This document shows, in pieces, positions 26,501 to 41,008 of a stretch of 64,000 bases of DNA. The stretch's first letter is position 1, and every line of letters starts with the position of its first letter. The DNA is from Ostrea edulis (taxonomy: Eukaryota). The notes under the pieces were generated by a model. It was not told the DNA's origin, did not search any database, and saw nothing but the letters and a program-made list of their open reading frames with translations. Made by a program: the position numbers and the translations under genes. The DNA is taken from positions 53,010,001 to 53,074,000 of the forward strand of contig NC_079170.1 in assembly GCF_947568905.1 (NCBI RefSeq), written 5' to 3'.

Positions 26501-29500
26501 TTTCAAATTCTGTTATAAAATATTAGATTCAAACTTCTCTAAAATAAACACATGTCGATAACAGCAAATGCAAACAAGGAGTAATTCAATCTACATGTGT
26601 TTGATGATACGTAAAACGTACATTTCCCTCCAAGAAATGAAAGGATCTGTTCGCTCATGATCTCCAGTGATACTTGTTATATTATGACATAACCTAACAA
26701 CTCGAATACTACATTCACTGCCCATGTGTACCCCCATTTGTTTTATTAACTCTTCCGGGTTATATAACTGGTATCGTTAGATTTAAAATGATTTCTGATC
26801 ATGTTTTAAAAGAAATGGTTTTTGTAGTTCTTACGATGTTTGAGCAATTCAAAATTCTTATACAAATCGTATGAGCAAATTTCAGTGTATTCCGGATGCT
26901 TACATACAGATTGTACCCGTTTTGTTCTTAAGATCTTGTATGTTCCTCAGTAAAACTTTGAATTTCTATACACCCCCCCCCCCCATCCTCCGGCCTGAGG
27001 GGTCATTATATGTACACTAAATGTGAATTCTTACAATTAAAGTTTACAAATTGTACCTTTTTTGTTCATTAAAAAATGTCCCACTTAAAATACATTATCA
27101 TATGACAGTCTTCTGATATTGAGAGTCATCGTTTGAAGAAACGTGAATTGTCATAAATGGAAATATTCGTACATGTTTCGGCTTTCCTCTTTCAATAGTT
27201 CTTGAAAGAAAGCTTTTTTTAAAAAGAATCATCACCGTATTTTTAATATTTCTAAATCATTTTCCTTTTGGTCCTTCATGTCAGCAAGGTGAAACTCTAT
27301 GATAATTTGTGTCAATTTTGGTTGAAGATGATTATGCGATTCTGGAGAAAAAGTCGAAGTGTTGAAAAGTTAACGATGGGAGATACATTTTGATTCGAAC
27401 AATAATCGATAAAATTCTCGACTTCTCCTTCACACTTCAGTAATTCTGGAGAGTTATAACATCTATGCAGAATCAGCAATTTAAAAGAGCATAATTATGT
27501 AACATATTAAAATTTGCATACCCGTTCTGAAACAAGACAAACATACTGCTGTCAAACCACGGTTTATCATTAAAACTCTCCATTTTGTTTTAATATCAAC
27601 CCAATTCATGTAAAAAAACATCTTCGTTAAATACAAATGAGAAAAATAAAGAATTCATTTCGATCCATACCTCCACATTTTGAATGGCTCATGGCAATTT
27701 CATACAAAAGGTCTTCATAATTTATTTGTGATGAGCCATGTAGGAGTTGGCAGGCACGTCGAAATCGTGAAAGGGCTGCTTTATGCTTCTCCAAACCGGC
27801 ATAGGCTTTCCCTATTCGCATTTGAGCCTAAACATGAACAAAAACAATTATATTTGTGTTTTATCACTTAATATACAATATGTAATTACTATTCGATCAA
27901 GACAAAGGTCTCATGGCGGGTGTGACCGGTCGACAGGAGATGCTTCCTCCTAGGCACCTGATCCCACCTCTGGTATATCCAGGGATCCGTGTTTGCCCAA
28001 CTCTTTGTTTTGTATTCTTTGTGACAGTTACGAGATTGATCACGGTTTGTTATTTTCGCCTTTTATACGATATTATAGTACATGTATGTGTAAACGTCAA
28101 TAATGATTCATCAACTCTACTAGAGTCTATAAACTTTAGGTTTCGGATGTTTCAAGACAGTATCATTTTATAGGTATTTTGATTGATTGATTGATTGATT
28201 GTGTCTTGTTTAACGTCTCTCGAGAACTTCTTTTTCATGCATATGGAGACGTCACCGAGATCGGTGAAGGGCTTCAAATTTAGGCCTTTGCACGGCACTA
28301 ACGGTCATTGAGGAGTGAGGGTTCTTTAGCGTGCCACACCTACTGCGACACGGGACATCCGTTTTTAAGGTCATCTACGAGGGCCCGTGACATTCACATC
28401 TGATGCCAAGCGTTTGGCGATGGAATTGTCAATACCGGTTTTAACGATTTAGGCCTGTCGAGATTCAAACCCCGGCCTTCCACATGCGGGGCGAACTCTT
28501 TAACGTCTAGACCACTGCGGCGGTTTATAGAGGACATGTGCGGTGTCTGTAAAAAACAATGTAGAGTATTTTGACACACACTGCACATGTCCAGGAGCAT
28601 GCAGATAACGGATTCGAAAATGGTTTGAGCGGACAGTATTTACATACAGAAAATTGAAAACATAAACAGCTTCATCGTGGATAAAACAGATTTGACTTAG
28701 CTTTTCGATCGTCAACTTCCCAAAATTATGTAGCAATATTTCATTATCACCTGTATATTGTGTTTATGTCTCTCAACTGATTTCATACGCAAAAGGGTGT
28801 TTGTGTACGATCCGTTTTTAAATAGAGGTAAGCTACAGACAAATACGTTGATGTTACAGAGGTTTGAACAGTCTCGTTTAAAGTCAGTACTTCGTAAATG
28901 CTATGGTCGCTATAACTAACTAACTTACAATTACAACCTGTAATGCTGTCTGACGTGTTTCATACCAATTGTTAGGCCTTTCTCTGCATACTAATTTTTA
29001 CAACGAATTACTTCGTTTACCTGATCAAAATATAGGACTCACGGCGGGTGTTATGACCGGTCGACTGGGGATGCTTACCCGTCCTAAACACCATATCATA
29101 ACCCTGGTGTATCCAAGGGTCCGTGTTTGCCCTACTTTTAATTCTGTATTCTTTATAGGAATTATGAAATTGATCGCTGTTCTTTGTCATCACTTTTTTC
29201 TGGTCTATTCCATTTTTACCAAAGAGTTGCAGGTCTACAGCCATGAAACCAATAATTCTTTGTTATTTCAACATTACGGCATATGACAGTAGAATTTCAG
29301 ACACATAATAGGTACGATACAATACTAGTGCTACAGTTAATACCTCCTGCAGATGTTCTAATACCTACCTGGTATGATTTCTCAGTAACAGTTTGGAATT
29401 TTTTAATCTCTTCTAAAACGTCTTTATATTGTTCCAAGTGAAGATAGCAATCTGCTATATTGCAGAACAAATGCATCAATTCAATTTGTTTGGCGTGTTT

Positions 29501-32500
29501 CATATGCTTCTTTGCATTCTCAAACGATACTAATGCAGCTTTGAACCTTCCCTCTTTAAATATCCGATCGCCTTCACGTTGGAAAAGTTTGAAATCATTT
29601 TTGGATGAAGCATGGACTTCAGCGCTGGAAGAAGCGGTTTTATCTTCCTTTGTTTGATTCTGGGCTTTTGAATTTGATCCTTCTGTGTCCGATTTGAATT
29701 CCTGGTTAGTACATTTCTTTCTCTTTTCTGAGTCTGCGGCATGTCCTTGTTCCTTTGTGTCACTAATCATATTGTCTTGCGTTGGTTTCCCCTTGTCATT
29801 ACGACAAGCTTTATCATCTGCAAGTATATGTCAAGAATAAATGACCTGGTGTTATTGACATGTGCCCGTATTTAGAATTAATAGATCCTCATAATTCGGA
29901 TTTTTGTAGTTCCAGATTCCACTATAAAACTATACATGAAATAACATCCCCGTGTTGTACTTTGAGGTGGAAGGATGTATAAAAATGTTTTGTTAGAACT
30001 AGATAACGAATGTTCTTTTCACATGTGTAACTAAGAATACGAATATCTAATCACCTAACGTAACACATTTTCACTTGCTCATTTATTTACATCGGAACCG
30101 ATGTATGATGGATATCATTATGGTTCTACCCCTAAGTAAGTAAGTGGTAGCTCTTACCTTCCCTTCTTTCATTCAGTAGCTGAAATACTTTAGGATCTTT
30201 ACTTTGATCAACATATTGCACAGCCAACTTTCCAAATCTATCTCTCAATTCTGCTGAAACACCCATTTCTAAAAGCATTTCAACTACTTGTGGCAGCGTG
30301 TTGAATTGCGGTGGTCTAGGCATCCTAACGACTGAATGAAGCGGCGAATTCCCATTCCCATCAAATGGATCCATCGTCTTTGCTTCTTCAGCCATGCACG
30401 TCAACAATGCAGCATTGCCTTCAAATTGAAAATAAACAGCATTGGGAAATATTAATTACAAGGAAACTAAATTGTTTCAAACACTCAGATTTTGATTAGT
30501 CGGTTTTGAATTGGGTGTGTTGTAAGATGACAGTTGAAGCTTGGTTAGAATAAGAACATTTTCAGATTTGTCCGAAAGCATTTCAATAAAATGCTCGCGT
30601 GACTATTTCATTCACTTAAAAATTAAAGATTATTATCATTATGCAGGTTTACATTAATATTTAAGTAATGATGGTATACTGAAATATCATTGACAGCGAT
30701 ATATTGATGTGAAAAACAATGTATTTCTTATCATAGATATATTTTATGATTCACTTTTATGGCCAAATTACATGAACATGGATGGACATTGGATTTTATT
30801 GAAAACGTAAACATCGATTTTATTGAAAACGTAAACATCGATTAAACAAAATGTTCAACTATAAAATGCATAGACCTACATGTAAACAATGCCAAAAGTT
30901 AATAGTATACATGTATTGAGGAATATTTACTTTAATTATTTCAAAGCCTTTGAAATTACTAAACATACCTGTAATAACAGCCAATCTTGCTGCTGCATGC
31001 AGAGGTGTATCATCCTCCGTCTCTTTAAATCTCAATATGCTCTCTCGTCCTTTTGATTTTATGATGTGCACAATCAAGGGAACTAACCATGATCCAACAT
31101 CCTTCATCTTTCCTATTTTTTGCTGTATTAGAAATGTGAATAAACAGTTGAAGGATATTGTGCTGAAGTCTGCATCCCTTGCAATACCTTTGGCATCTGA
31201 TTCAAGATGAAAACATTCAATAAAATATAATATAGAATAAATAAATTCAAGCTAACACTCAAGATACTATTCATATGCATGAAAACAAATTATTCGCGGT
31301 ATATTAGAATCTTTTAAAAAATACCAGTGCCTTCCCCAGTCCCCCAGACCAGTTCTTTTATGGATATCCACTCTGCCTGTTTGCTAAGTCTGTGTAGCAC
31401 ATCAGGCCATACATCATTGGACACGGTTTGTAAGGCCTCGTACCGCTCCGCCTTTTCTGCATCTGTTTTTCATTATTATAAAAGTACTATTGAATAACAG
31501 TAAAACGCTTCCATCGAATAATGTATGGATATACACAATATCAATATGCGTTGAAAGCCTATTGTAACACTATTTGATACTCAAATGACATTTAGCGACT
31601 TACCAGACATGTACGGAAGAGACTTTAACCCTTCAGAAAGAAGTTCACCTTTATCCTGGGATGAAAGTTCCGGGATGTTCTGTCCCCTCACGGCAATCTC
31701 GACTGCTTTATTGTATTGTCTAGTTTTTCTGAGCAGTTGCGAAAGTCTCCAGTGGCCCTATACAATATCAGTTCATGCTATTTTATAGAGCTAATAAATT
31801 CATCAAAAGTTTTGAAGCTTACCAGTGAATATATATGTAATTAAAAATCAAAAACTTGTTCAATTATCATTAGTAAGTTGTCCAAGATATCAGGATATGT
31901 TTATGAAAGCTAGACAGGATTTGGAAACTCACAACACAAAGACATCATTAACCAATACGCGCAAAATGAGTCAACTTCATAATCGTTACACGATAGTTTC
32001 AGAAGTCATGTATGGTAGAGGTAGGACATGAGAATAAGAAGCAAATGTACAATATAAGTACATATACGACCGTTTTGTTATGGTCAAGTCAAGTGATGGG
32101 TTTTTTGTTGAATTATTAATTTATTTTTAAATTGAGATTTTTCACTGATATAGGGACGTCACAAGCTTTAGTTTAAGTGCCATGAATAATTGAATATTGA
32201 CCTATGATAAGTGGCCAAGACCATTTAGCAATGATGGTTCTTTATTGTAACAACGCCTACAATGACATGAGATCTCGGTTTCTAAAGTAGCGAGTTTCAC
32301 CTCTAGAGGCAATCGCGTTAGCAAAAGAATATTTGTTTTCTGTTTTTACAATTTGGGATATGTCACGACCTGAAATCGAACTGGAACTCCTGCATGTGAA
32401 GTGATCGCTCAACTAACTTAGCTTCTCCGGTGCACAATTCATTTACATGTGATGGAGAAATATATAACTATGCATAATGAAAGGTGGAGATAACGAACAG

Positions 32501-35413
32501 TGATCAATCTCATAACTCATATATAAGCCTCCTATAATATAAATTTTTGAAATGTAAAGATACAGCTATGCAATTCTTAAAGTTTGTTTGAATTGAAACC
32601 TGGAATTCTGCAAGTTACTACGCTTACTTTTTTCATCACAAGTTTATCGTTCAAATTCTCTAATGTATTATATGTGTATCAATAAAGTATCATGACCCTG
32701 TTGGCGTATACACTTTTCTAAATGCGCTAGTATACTATTCTGATTTGATTACGATTATTGGAATATTTCCTTTAGAATCCTACCTTCAACCACGTTTTGT
32801 CCATTTGGACTGCCCTCTTTGCGTCTTCCAATGCCTCGTTAAGACGATTCAATTCCGAATGAACCGTACATCTGTTTGTGTACAGAACTGCACTCTCTCT
32901 TTGAAGTTCGTCACATCTCGTTGATAACTTTATGGCCTTGGTATAATGTATTAGAGCATCGTCATATTTCTTTTCTGTCTTTGCTGTATTCCCTTTGTCC
33001 TTGATTTCAGCAATATGTTTTTTAACTATTTCTATATCAAAATAAAATAATTGCAGTTAACTTATATCGTATTCAAATACGAAGGAGATGAATAGCAAAT
33101 GAATAATCAGAAGCAGGTCATATGAGTGAAAATGATATCGATGAATGAATTTTATTCTGTTTTATCACATATGCTATTTTCTTCTCTCAAAGAAACAAAC
33201 CCGTGTCCATGAACATTCTGGATAAGGAATAGTAGCACTTGTCTTCTGCTTCACAAAAATCAATGGGCAGATTTCCGGTATTGTCAAAAATGAAGGAGTT
33301 GCAGCCATTATTTAAGCAAAGCAATAATAAGGGATTTCTTTCGTCTTCACTACAAGATCTAAACGAAGCAATGATGTGGAGTACACAGCGGCCATACTGG
33401 TCCACAGTGTTCTTTTTCTCCTGAGTGTTCAAATACTTTCTGAACAGGAATTTCACAAGTGCGTCCACTCCTATAAAAGATTTCGTTTTGATATTTCAAG
33501 TCGAGCATACTTTTTTGTCATTTCAAATGAACTTCTTCACGATAATATGATTACAATATACTGTACCTGTTTCCAGGGTCTTAATCGACACCACGTGCAG
33601 CACTGGAATTCCCCATTTTCTTTCAATATCTTGGATCGGTGCCCCATTTTTTATCAGAGCTAAAGCAAGATCCATGCCGTATCTTTTCAGGTCCTTAGTG
33701 GAAAGATCTTGCAGTAGAGACCCCACAGATAATTTCGTGGCGGAGCAGTTGGGTGTAGAGAAGTCCAAAGAACTACGTGGCCCTGCATGTTCCCCGGTGA
33801 CTAGCAGACTTACTCCTTCCCAGCATTGTCGGTTGGCCAGTTGTTGAAGGAGCAATTCCTGAACTTCAGGAGAACCCGGATTTAGTTCTTGGTGTTCCTC
33901 CAAGAGCCTGTCACAGTCGCCTGCAGCAACACAAATTTTATATTCTAATCTATCATTCCCATTCAGGTATTCTAGTGTTATTTCTATGACTCAATATAGA
34001 TTTCGTCGTAATGGCATAATATTTTTCACAATGTGTTTACATGTGTATAAAGCAAACTTTTTAACGCAATGCATTCATGTCATAAAGTAAAGGTTCCTAA
34101 AGGACTAATATTTGGTGCACTTCTAATATTTGCCTCTTTCATGTTATAAAGACAACCATAGTTCTATATAGTTCGTTATCATCGCCTTACATACTATATA
34201 GATCGATTGTATCTTGTTTAACGTCCTTGAAAAATTCTCGAGAGGGACGTTAAATAAGATACAATCAATCTATATAGTATGGAAGGCGAGGATAACGAAC
34301 AGAGATCATTGTCATAACTCCTATAAGCAATACAAAATAGAGAATTGGGCAAACATGGATTCTTGAATACCGGTATATCAGAGGTGAGATCAGGTGCCTA
34401 GGAGAAGTAAGCATCCCCTGTCAACCGGTCACATCCGCTGTGAGCCATATCTCTTGATCAGATAAACGGAGTTATCCGTAGTCAAAATCAGTGTGCCAAG
34501 AACGGCCATGTTATGGCACATTTGATCGTCTCGGCATGTTTGGTCGCCGGCGACCATTCGTGCAGCATGTATCGTCGCCGGGCGACCGAACGTGTCATAA
34601 GGGTGGACACGAATGGTCGTCAATTTTAGACCATATCCAAGCACGAATGGTCGCCGTCCAAGCCCTTTATCCCAAACCCTAACTTTGCTTTTCTCCTCCC
34701 TCTCCTCTTCCAACAGCACCTTTTCCCCTTCATTCTCTTTTATTCCTTCTAATACTCCTCCTCCTTTTCCAAATTCTTCATTTTCTTCTGAACGAGTCAT
34801 TCGAATGGTGGGTAAGAGTTAAGGGAGATATGGCGCTGCCTGATAGCCTTCTATGAGCAATCAGATGCTATTGGACGTTCCCCATAAAAATCACAACACA
34901 ATGTATTCCTATTTGAAACGGCTAATCAAACCTTCGAGGTGTTTGAAGTGTGCAGAGAATAGACTTATTCTCTCGATCTCGCCCTCTCTCTCTCTCCAAC
35001 TTTCTTTCGCTCTCCCGCTCGCTTTCTCTCACTTTCTCTCGCTCGCCCCCTCTCGCCCGCCCGTTCTCTCTCGCTCGCCCCTCCCTCTCTGTCGCCCTCT
35101 CCCTTGTCCTTGCCCCCCTCTCTCTCTCTTTCTCTCTCCCTCCCTCTATCCCTGTTCCTCTCTCATGCCCTCTCCCTCTCTTTTGTCCTCTCTCTTTCTA
35201 TTGCCCCCACCCTCTCTCTCGCCCCCTTCCTCTCTCTCTTTCTCTTGCCCTCTCTCTCTCCATCTCTTTTGCCTTCGCCCACCTCTCTCTCTCTCTCTCT
35301 CTCTCTATCTCCCTTCCTCTATCCCTGTCCCTCTCTCGTGCCCTCTCCCTCTCTTTTGTCCTCTCTCCATCTCGCCCTCTTCCTCTCTCTCTTGTCATCA
35401 CCCTCTTGCTCTC

Positions 35414-35466
<53 letters not shown>

Positions 35467-38400
35467 CTCTCTCTATCTCGACCACTCTCTCTATCTCTCT
35501 CTCGCCCTCTCTTTTGCTCTCTTGCCCTCGCCCTCATCCTTGCTTTCGCCCTCGCCCACGCTTTCTTGCCCTCTAACTCTCTCTCTCTCTTGCCCACCCT
35601 CTTTCTCGCCCTCTTCCTCTCTCTCTCTCTTCCTCCCCATTCTCTCTTTCCTCATCTCTCTCTTCCCCTCTCCCTCCCTTTATCCTACCCTCTCTCTTTC
35701 CCTCTCTCCCTACCTCCCCCTCCCTCTCCCCCCCCTCTCTCTCTGTCCCTTGCCATATCCCTCTCTCGCGCCCTCTCCCTCTCTCGCGCCCTCTCTCGCC
35801 CTCTTCCTCTCTTTCGCCCTCTTCCCCTCTCTCTTGCCCTCTCCCTTGCTTTTGCCCTCGCCCTCTCCCTTGCTTTTGCCCTCTCTCTCCCTCGCCCTGT
35901 CGCCCACCCTCTTTATCTCTAGATATTTAATAAAATCAATAAGATGTCTCATAATTTAAAGTTTATAAGATATCTTATGAATATATAAGATAAATGCAAA
36001 TACATTTTGTATGTATCTTTTAAACTATATAAATATCTAATAAACTTTATTATATATCTTGTATATGAAACAAAATATCTTATCAATTTTATGAGATATC
36101 TTGTAAAAGATAGAATATATTCATTTTTTTATAAGATATCTTATAAAACACAAACGATATCTGATATATTTTATAAGATATTTCATAAATCAATTTTTAT
36201 ATAAGATACATGTACATGTATCTCATACACTTTATGAGATATCTTATGATATATACAAGATATCTAATAAGCTTTACAAAATATCTTAATATGAAGTTTA
36301 TAAATTCATTTATGAGATATCTTATAAAATATATAAGATATTATAAAGTTTATGAGATATTATATTTAGCATATAAGATATCATATGTTTTATAAGATGT
36401 CTTATAGAATATATGAGATATCTTATAAACTTTCTTCATATCTTATAGAAGTTATAAGATATCTTGTAAAGGTTATAGAATAACTTATAAAGTGTATAAG
36501 ATATCTTAAATCAAAAACATTAAAAAGATATCTTCTAAACGTTATGAGAGATGTTATATACTATATAAGATATCACATATATTTTTAAGATTTTATAAGA
36601 TATCTTATAACTTTTCAAATTAATGAGATATTTTTAAAGAGGAATAAATGCAAAATTGACGTGTCATAATGATAGTGGTATGTAAGAGCATTGTATATTT
36701 ACATTGTAAGATGTTGTCACTCGTATGTTTGCAAAAAAAAAATTCACATCAAATTCCATTCAGAAATACCCATGCTTTTGGTTCTTTGCTTTGTATCCTG
36801 CTTGACTTGTGTCATAAATGTGTGCATACAATACAAACACATGAATGCAAAAACGAAGATGGGGGTTGGGATAGGGGGCTTGGGTGCCGACTATTCGTGC
36901 TCAGGTATGGCCTAAATTTGACGACCATTCATGTCCACCCTCAAGGCACATTCAGTGCAGCATGATTTGTCGCAGGCGACGAAACGTGTAACACGAATGG
37001 TCGTCGGCGACCAAACGTACCGTACGCATCGTCGCCGGGCGACTGAACGTGCCAAGGCGACCAAACTTGCCGTAACGCGGCCTAACAATCGGTATGAAAC
37101 ACGTCAGATAGCATTTGACCCAACGATAGGTTGTATTGGCAAACTAGATCGTTATAACGACCATAGAATTTGCGAAATGCTGGCTTTAACGAGACTGTTG
37201 AAATCCCTACACCATCAACTTATTTGTTTAGTAGCCTGACTCGATTTAAAAACTGATCATACGCAAAACAAGTCCTTGCGTATCGAATCAGTTGAGAGAT
37301 ATAAACATCATATGCAGGTGTTAATGGAATATCGCTATATAAATATGGGAAGTTGACAATGAAGAAGCTGAAATCACCACGTTTGTCAAGTTCAGTTGTT
37401 AGTTTTTCGTTAATAGACGTATCTCCATGTACCTTTGTATGTTTATGTGTAATATCCAATACATGTACTTGTGTTTATCAAGACTAGATTTTCAATCACA
37501 TTTCCTTCTTCTGATCATGTCTTGTAGGCGACAGAATATAGCCACTCGCCCACATAATCCTTTATTACACGGGGTGGAGAGGGGTGTCACTTTAAAGGTA
37601 CGTGTAAAATTATGAAGAAATTACAAATGTGTTTCTATACCTTGTAGTCTTCGAAGGTCAGTGACTGTGATGATGATTTCCGCTAGAAATTGTATTGTTG
37701 TGTTTTGATCATAATGAGGCACCGGTAGTGTGATGTTGTATCCTTGTATCAGCACACCAAGTGCGTCATAAAAAAGATTGAGTCCTTTGTAGGCAGTTGC
37801 TGCACGCCAGTAGCCCTGTGTTATAATAAAATCATAATGAATTATGTGCTAAATTAGCATTTGAAATATTGTAAATTAATAAATAAATAAAAATGAAAAC
37901 GAGCATGAGCTGTCAACTACATGTAGAACGTAAAATCTTTAATTCTGAACCAAGATTAATATGCTTGAATGCGTTAAGAAATGGGGGGAGGGGGGATACG
38001 AGGGTTAAAAAAAAAAGGTTACATCTAATTTTATGAAAATTATGTAAAATGTAAGCGCAATGAATGATTTACTTTCATACAATGTTTCTACCATTGTGTC
38101 TATAGAAACAAAAGGAATTCAAATTTCAAAATCACCACAGATTGGAAGATGTATGATTTCTGATATCAGTGGTAATTTGTATGTGATGTGAAGCTGTTCA
38201 GTCATTCTGATATCAGTGGTAATTTGTATGTGATGTAAAGCTGTTCAGTCATTCTGATATCAGTGGTAATTTGTATGTGATGTGAAGCTGTTCAGTCATT
38301 CTGATATCAGTGGTAATTTGTATGTTATGTGAAGCTGTTCAGTCATTCTGATATCAGTGGTAATTTGTATGTGATGTGAACCTTTTCAGTCATTCTGATA

Positions 38401-40950
38401 TTAGTGGTAATTTGTATGTGATGTAAAGCTGTTCAGTCATTCTGATATCAGTGGTAATTTGTATGTGATGTGAAGCTGTTCAGTCATTCTGATACACATC
38501 AGAGTGGTGATTTGTGTGTGGTGTAAAGCTATTTAGTCATTTGGGTAACAGTTGGTAAATAAGATTTTGGCAGTCAATGCCCCCGTCATGTTTTATGTGA
38601 TCACTGTGTACCCTTTATTATATAATAAAGGGACATAGACACGATTTGAGGTAAAAAAAAAAAATCTAATTTTATTTTTTTCATTTTTAATGTTTAAAAT
38701 GCTTAACTAAAGTATTTCTGATGGTCAGCAAAACTCTGAATGTCAGTTGTCGATGTAAATGGGAGTTACAGGGCTCACAATTCTTTAATTGCGTCCTGTA
38801 AATGATTACATATAAGCTAGATATACCAGTAAAAGTTCGTTTAAAGCAGATTTTTCAATTTACAAGGTAATTCTGAACATAATTAAATAGTTGCTAGTGT
38901 TTAGCACATCTCATTTTTGTTTTAAACATGCTATTTTCTATCAAGCAATCTATATGTAAACAAAAACAGGACACAGCATAGTTTACATAACAAAGAATTG
39001 TGAGTGCTGTATCTTACTTGTAACTCAAAAACGGATATTCAAATTGTGGTTGACCATTAGAAATACGTTAATTAAGCACTGTAAACAATAAAAATGGAAA
39101 AATAAAATGTTCAGCTCAACCGTGTACATGCCCTTTTAATCATTTCAAAACTTGTATTAAATGTGGATCATCATGTGTGTTTATTCATTGATTTCGAAAT
39201 GTTGGCACAGATTATTTTTATCTGGATCATCATAAACCAATGAGAATAGGCAGTACTTATTACGTGATCCTCGTTCTGTATAGCAAGAGTGATTGTTGTG
39301 TTGTTCATGTATCTAAGAGGAAAATTTTACTCTTCACACCCCCAAAATCTTTCTTCTGTTTTGATAGATGTTTTTGGTTTGCGACTAAAATTATAGATGC
39401 CTTATTTCTCTATTTAATGTTTTCTTAAATATATGCAGCAGGAAGAGGAACCTGATGTCAGGTTTACTTTCATGACTATTGATACTCACGAATCTCCTAA
39501 ATGACTATTGATACTCACGAATCTCCTAAATGACTATTGATACTCACGAATCTCCTAAATGACTATTGATACTCACGAATCTCCTAAATGACTATTGATA
39601 CTTACGAATCTCCTAAATGACTATTGATACTCACGAATCTCCTAAATGACTTTTGATACTCACGAATCTCCTAAATGACTATTGATACTTACGAATCTCC
39701 TAAATGACTATTGATACTCACGAATCTCCTAAATGACTATTGATACTTACGAATCTCCTAAATGACTATTGATACTCACGAATCTCCTAAATGATTATTG
39801 ATACTCACGAATCTCCTAAATGACTATTGATTACTCACGAATCTCCTGATCTGGTATTTTTACTTGTCTTAGACATTTATATTTCCCCCTCATTCTCAAA
39901 TAACAGACTAGTGCAAAAAAATTAATTAATTATTTACGGAATCCGAGCGAACTGTCAGAGGAAACTGCTGTAGCAAATGGAGAGAGCATGAATGGTACAT
40001 GTATTGTACTACGCATGATCTAAGGAGGAATTCATAGCAAATGTATGACCTTTGACATCTTCCTAAAGAACGTAGTGGGTAGATCACCTGACTGATGATG
40101 GGGTTCAATTAATGAACCAGCCACATATATTCACGTTATATGGATCTATAATTCCTTTTTCTATTACATTCACATACATCTATAAAGGCGTGCATGTAAA
40201 ACTCTGCAGTATTACCTAGAGGGTTATCAGCTTCGTTCGATAGACTAGACTAAACTAAGTTCGGTTTAGATTAGACAGTTTGCCCAACACTTCAATAAAT
40301 GTATGGCATGAATCTCTCGGAGACATTAACAATCAAGATTCAATGTCTCTTGGTAGCCGCTGAACTGATGTTAATCGCGCCCTGCTGAGGGTTCATTTCG
40401 ATGCAAAATTTCAATTCATCAATCAAAGAACATCTACCCTAGATGTGTGGTATTTTCCATTCTTTTAATTTTTACATAAACGGGATCCAGAATTAAAAGA
40501 ATAAAAGGAAAAGCAAGGATCATAGAAGGTCTTTTTTAATGTGTGTTAAACTTTTCCTTACTACAATTTAGTTTTGATTTATTCGTATGAATCAGTTACG
40601 TTTTGGTGTCAAGACAAGAAAAGCATAAAAAAGTCATTACATTCAATCGATGCTCATCCGTGTTTTCTACACAAGAATGTAAACAATGTTGCAGTAGCTA
40701 AAATAGATATTGACTTCTTTTCACTTCAGATATGAAATGTTCAACAGAATTTAAAACAGTCTAGCAGTATTATCAGGTTTAGACAGTGTACACATGTGCA
40801 ATGTTTTACCTCAAATGTTTTTTATGTTATGTCAAGTTTTTGTGGTTAGTCTAAAACTAAAAACTGCACAAGTTTCGCATGTACTGAGAATGCGTCTTTT
40901 GTCCCTAAGCTAGCCATTCATTGCATGCAATGAAAATGATTTTTATTTTT

Positions 40951-41008
<58 letters not shown>

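Larger units (their letters stand above)
34507..37080. mobile_element. non-autonomous TIR DNA element (~170-200-bp TIRs) carrying simple-sequence cargo
   Basis: left (cc)atgttatggcacatttgatcg...ccaagccc versus right gggcttgg...ccaaacttgccgtaacgc(gg); internal gtttggtcgcc.gcgac motifs; possible GGCC TSD. Confidence 0.8.
34278..37420 (-). mobile_element. Naiad-like PLE split by a nested insertion (34278-34506 + 37077-37420)
   Basis: the two halves rejoin to aagaacggcctaacaatc, matching the uninterrupted copies at 17780 and 9187. Confidence 0.8.

Noticed and set aside
27910-28068. SECIS or HDV-like ribozyme in the Naiad 3' region
   Set aside because: By-eye folding gave no UGAN-11/13 nt-AA geometry; a tentative HDV P1 lacked the GG for P1.1 and a P2 partner. 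Only a covariance search could settle it.
34853-35959. 368-, 272- and 208-aa ORFs, and RE-rich antisense ORFs
   Set aside because: Artefacts of the CT/GA tract, which lacks stop codons; no domain content.
39472-39846. CRISPR-like array; each unit also reads MTIDTHESPK* with stop and start overlapping
   Set aside because: No unique spacers, no cas genes, eukaryotic context; the mini-ORF is expected by chance in a tandem repeat.
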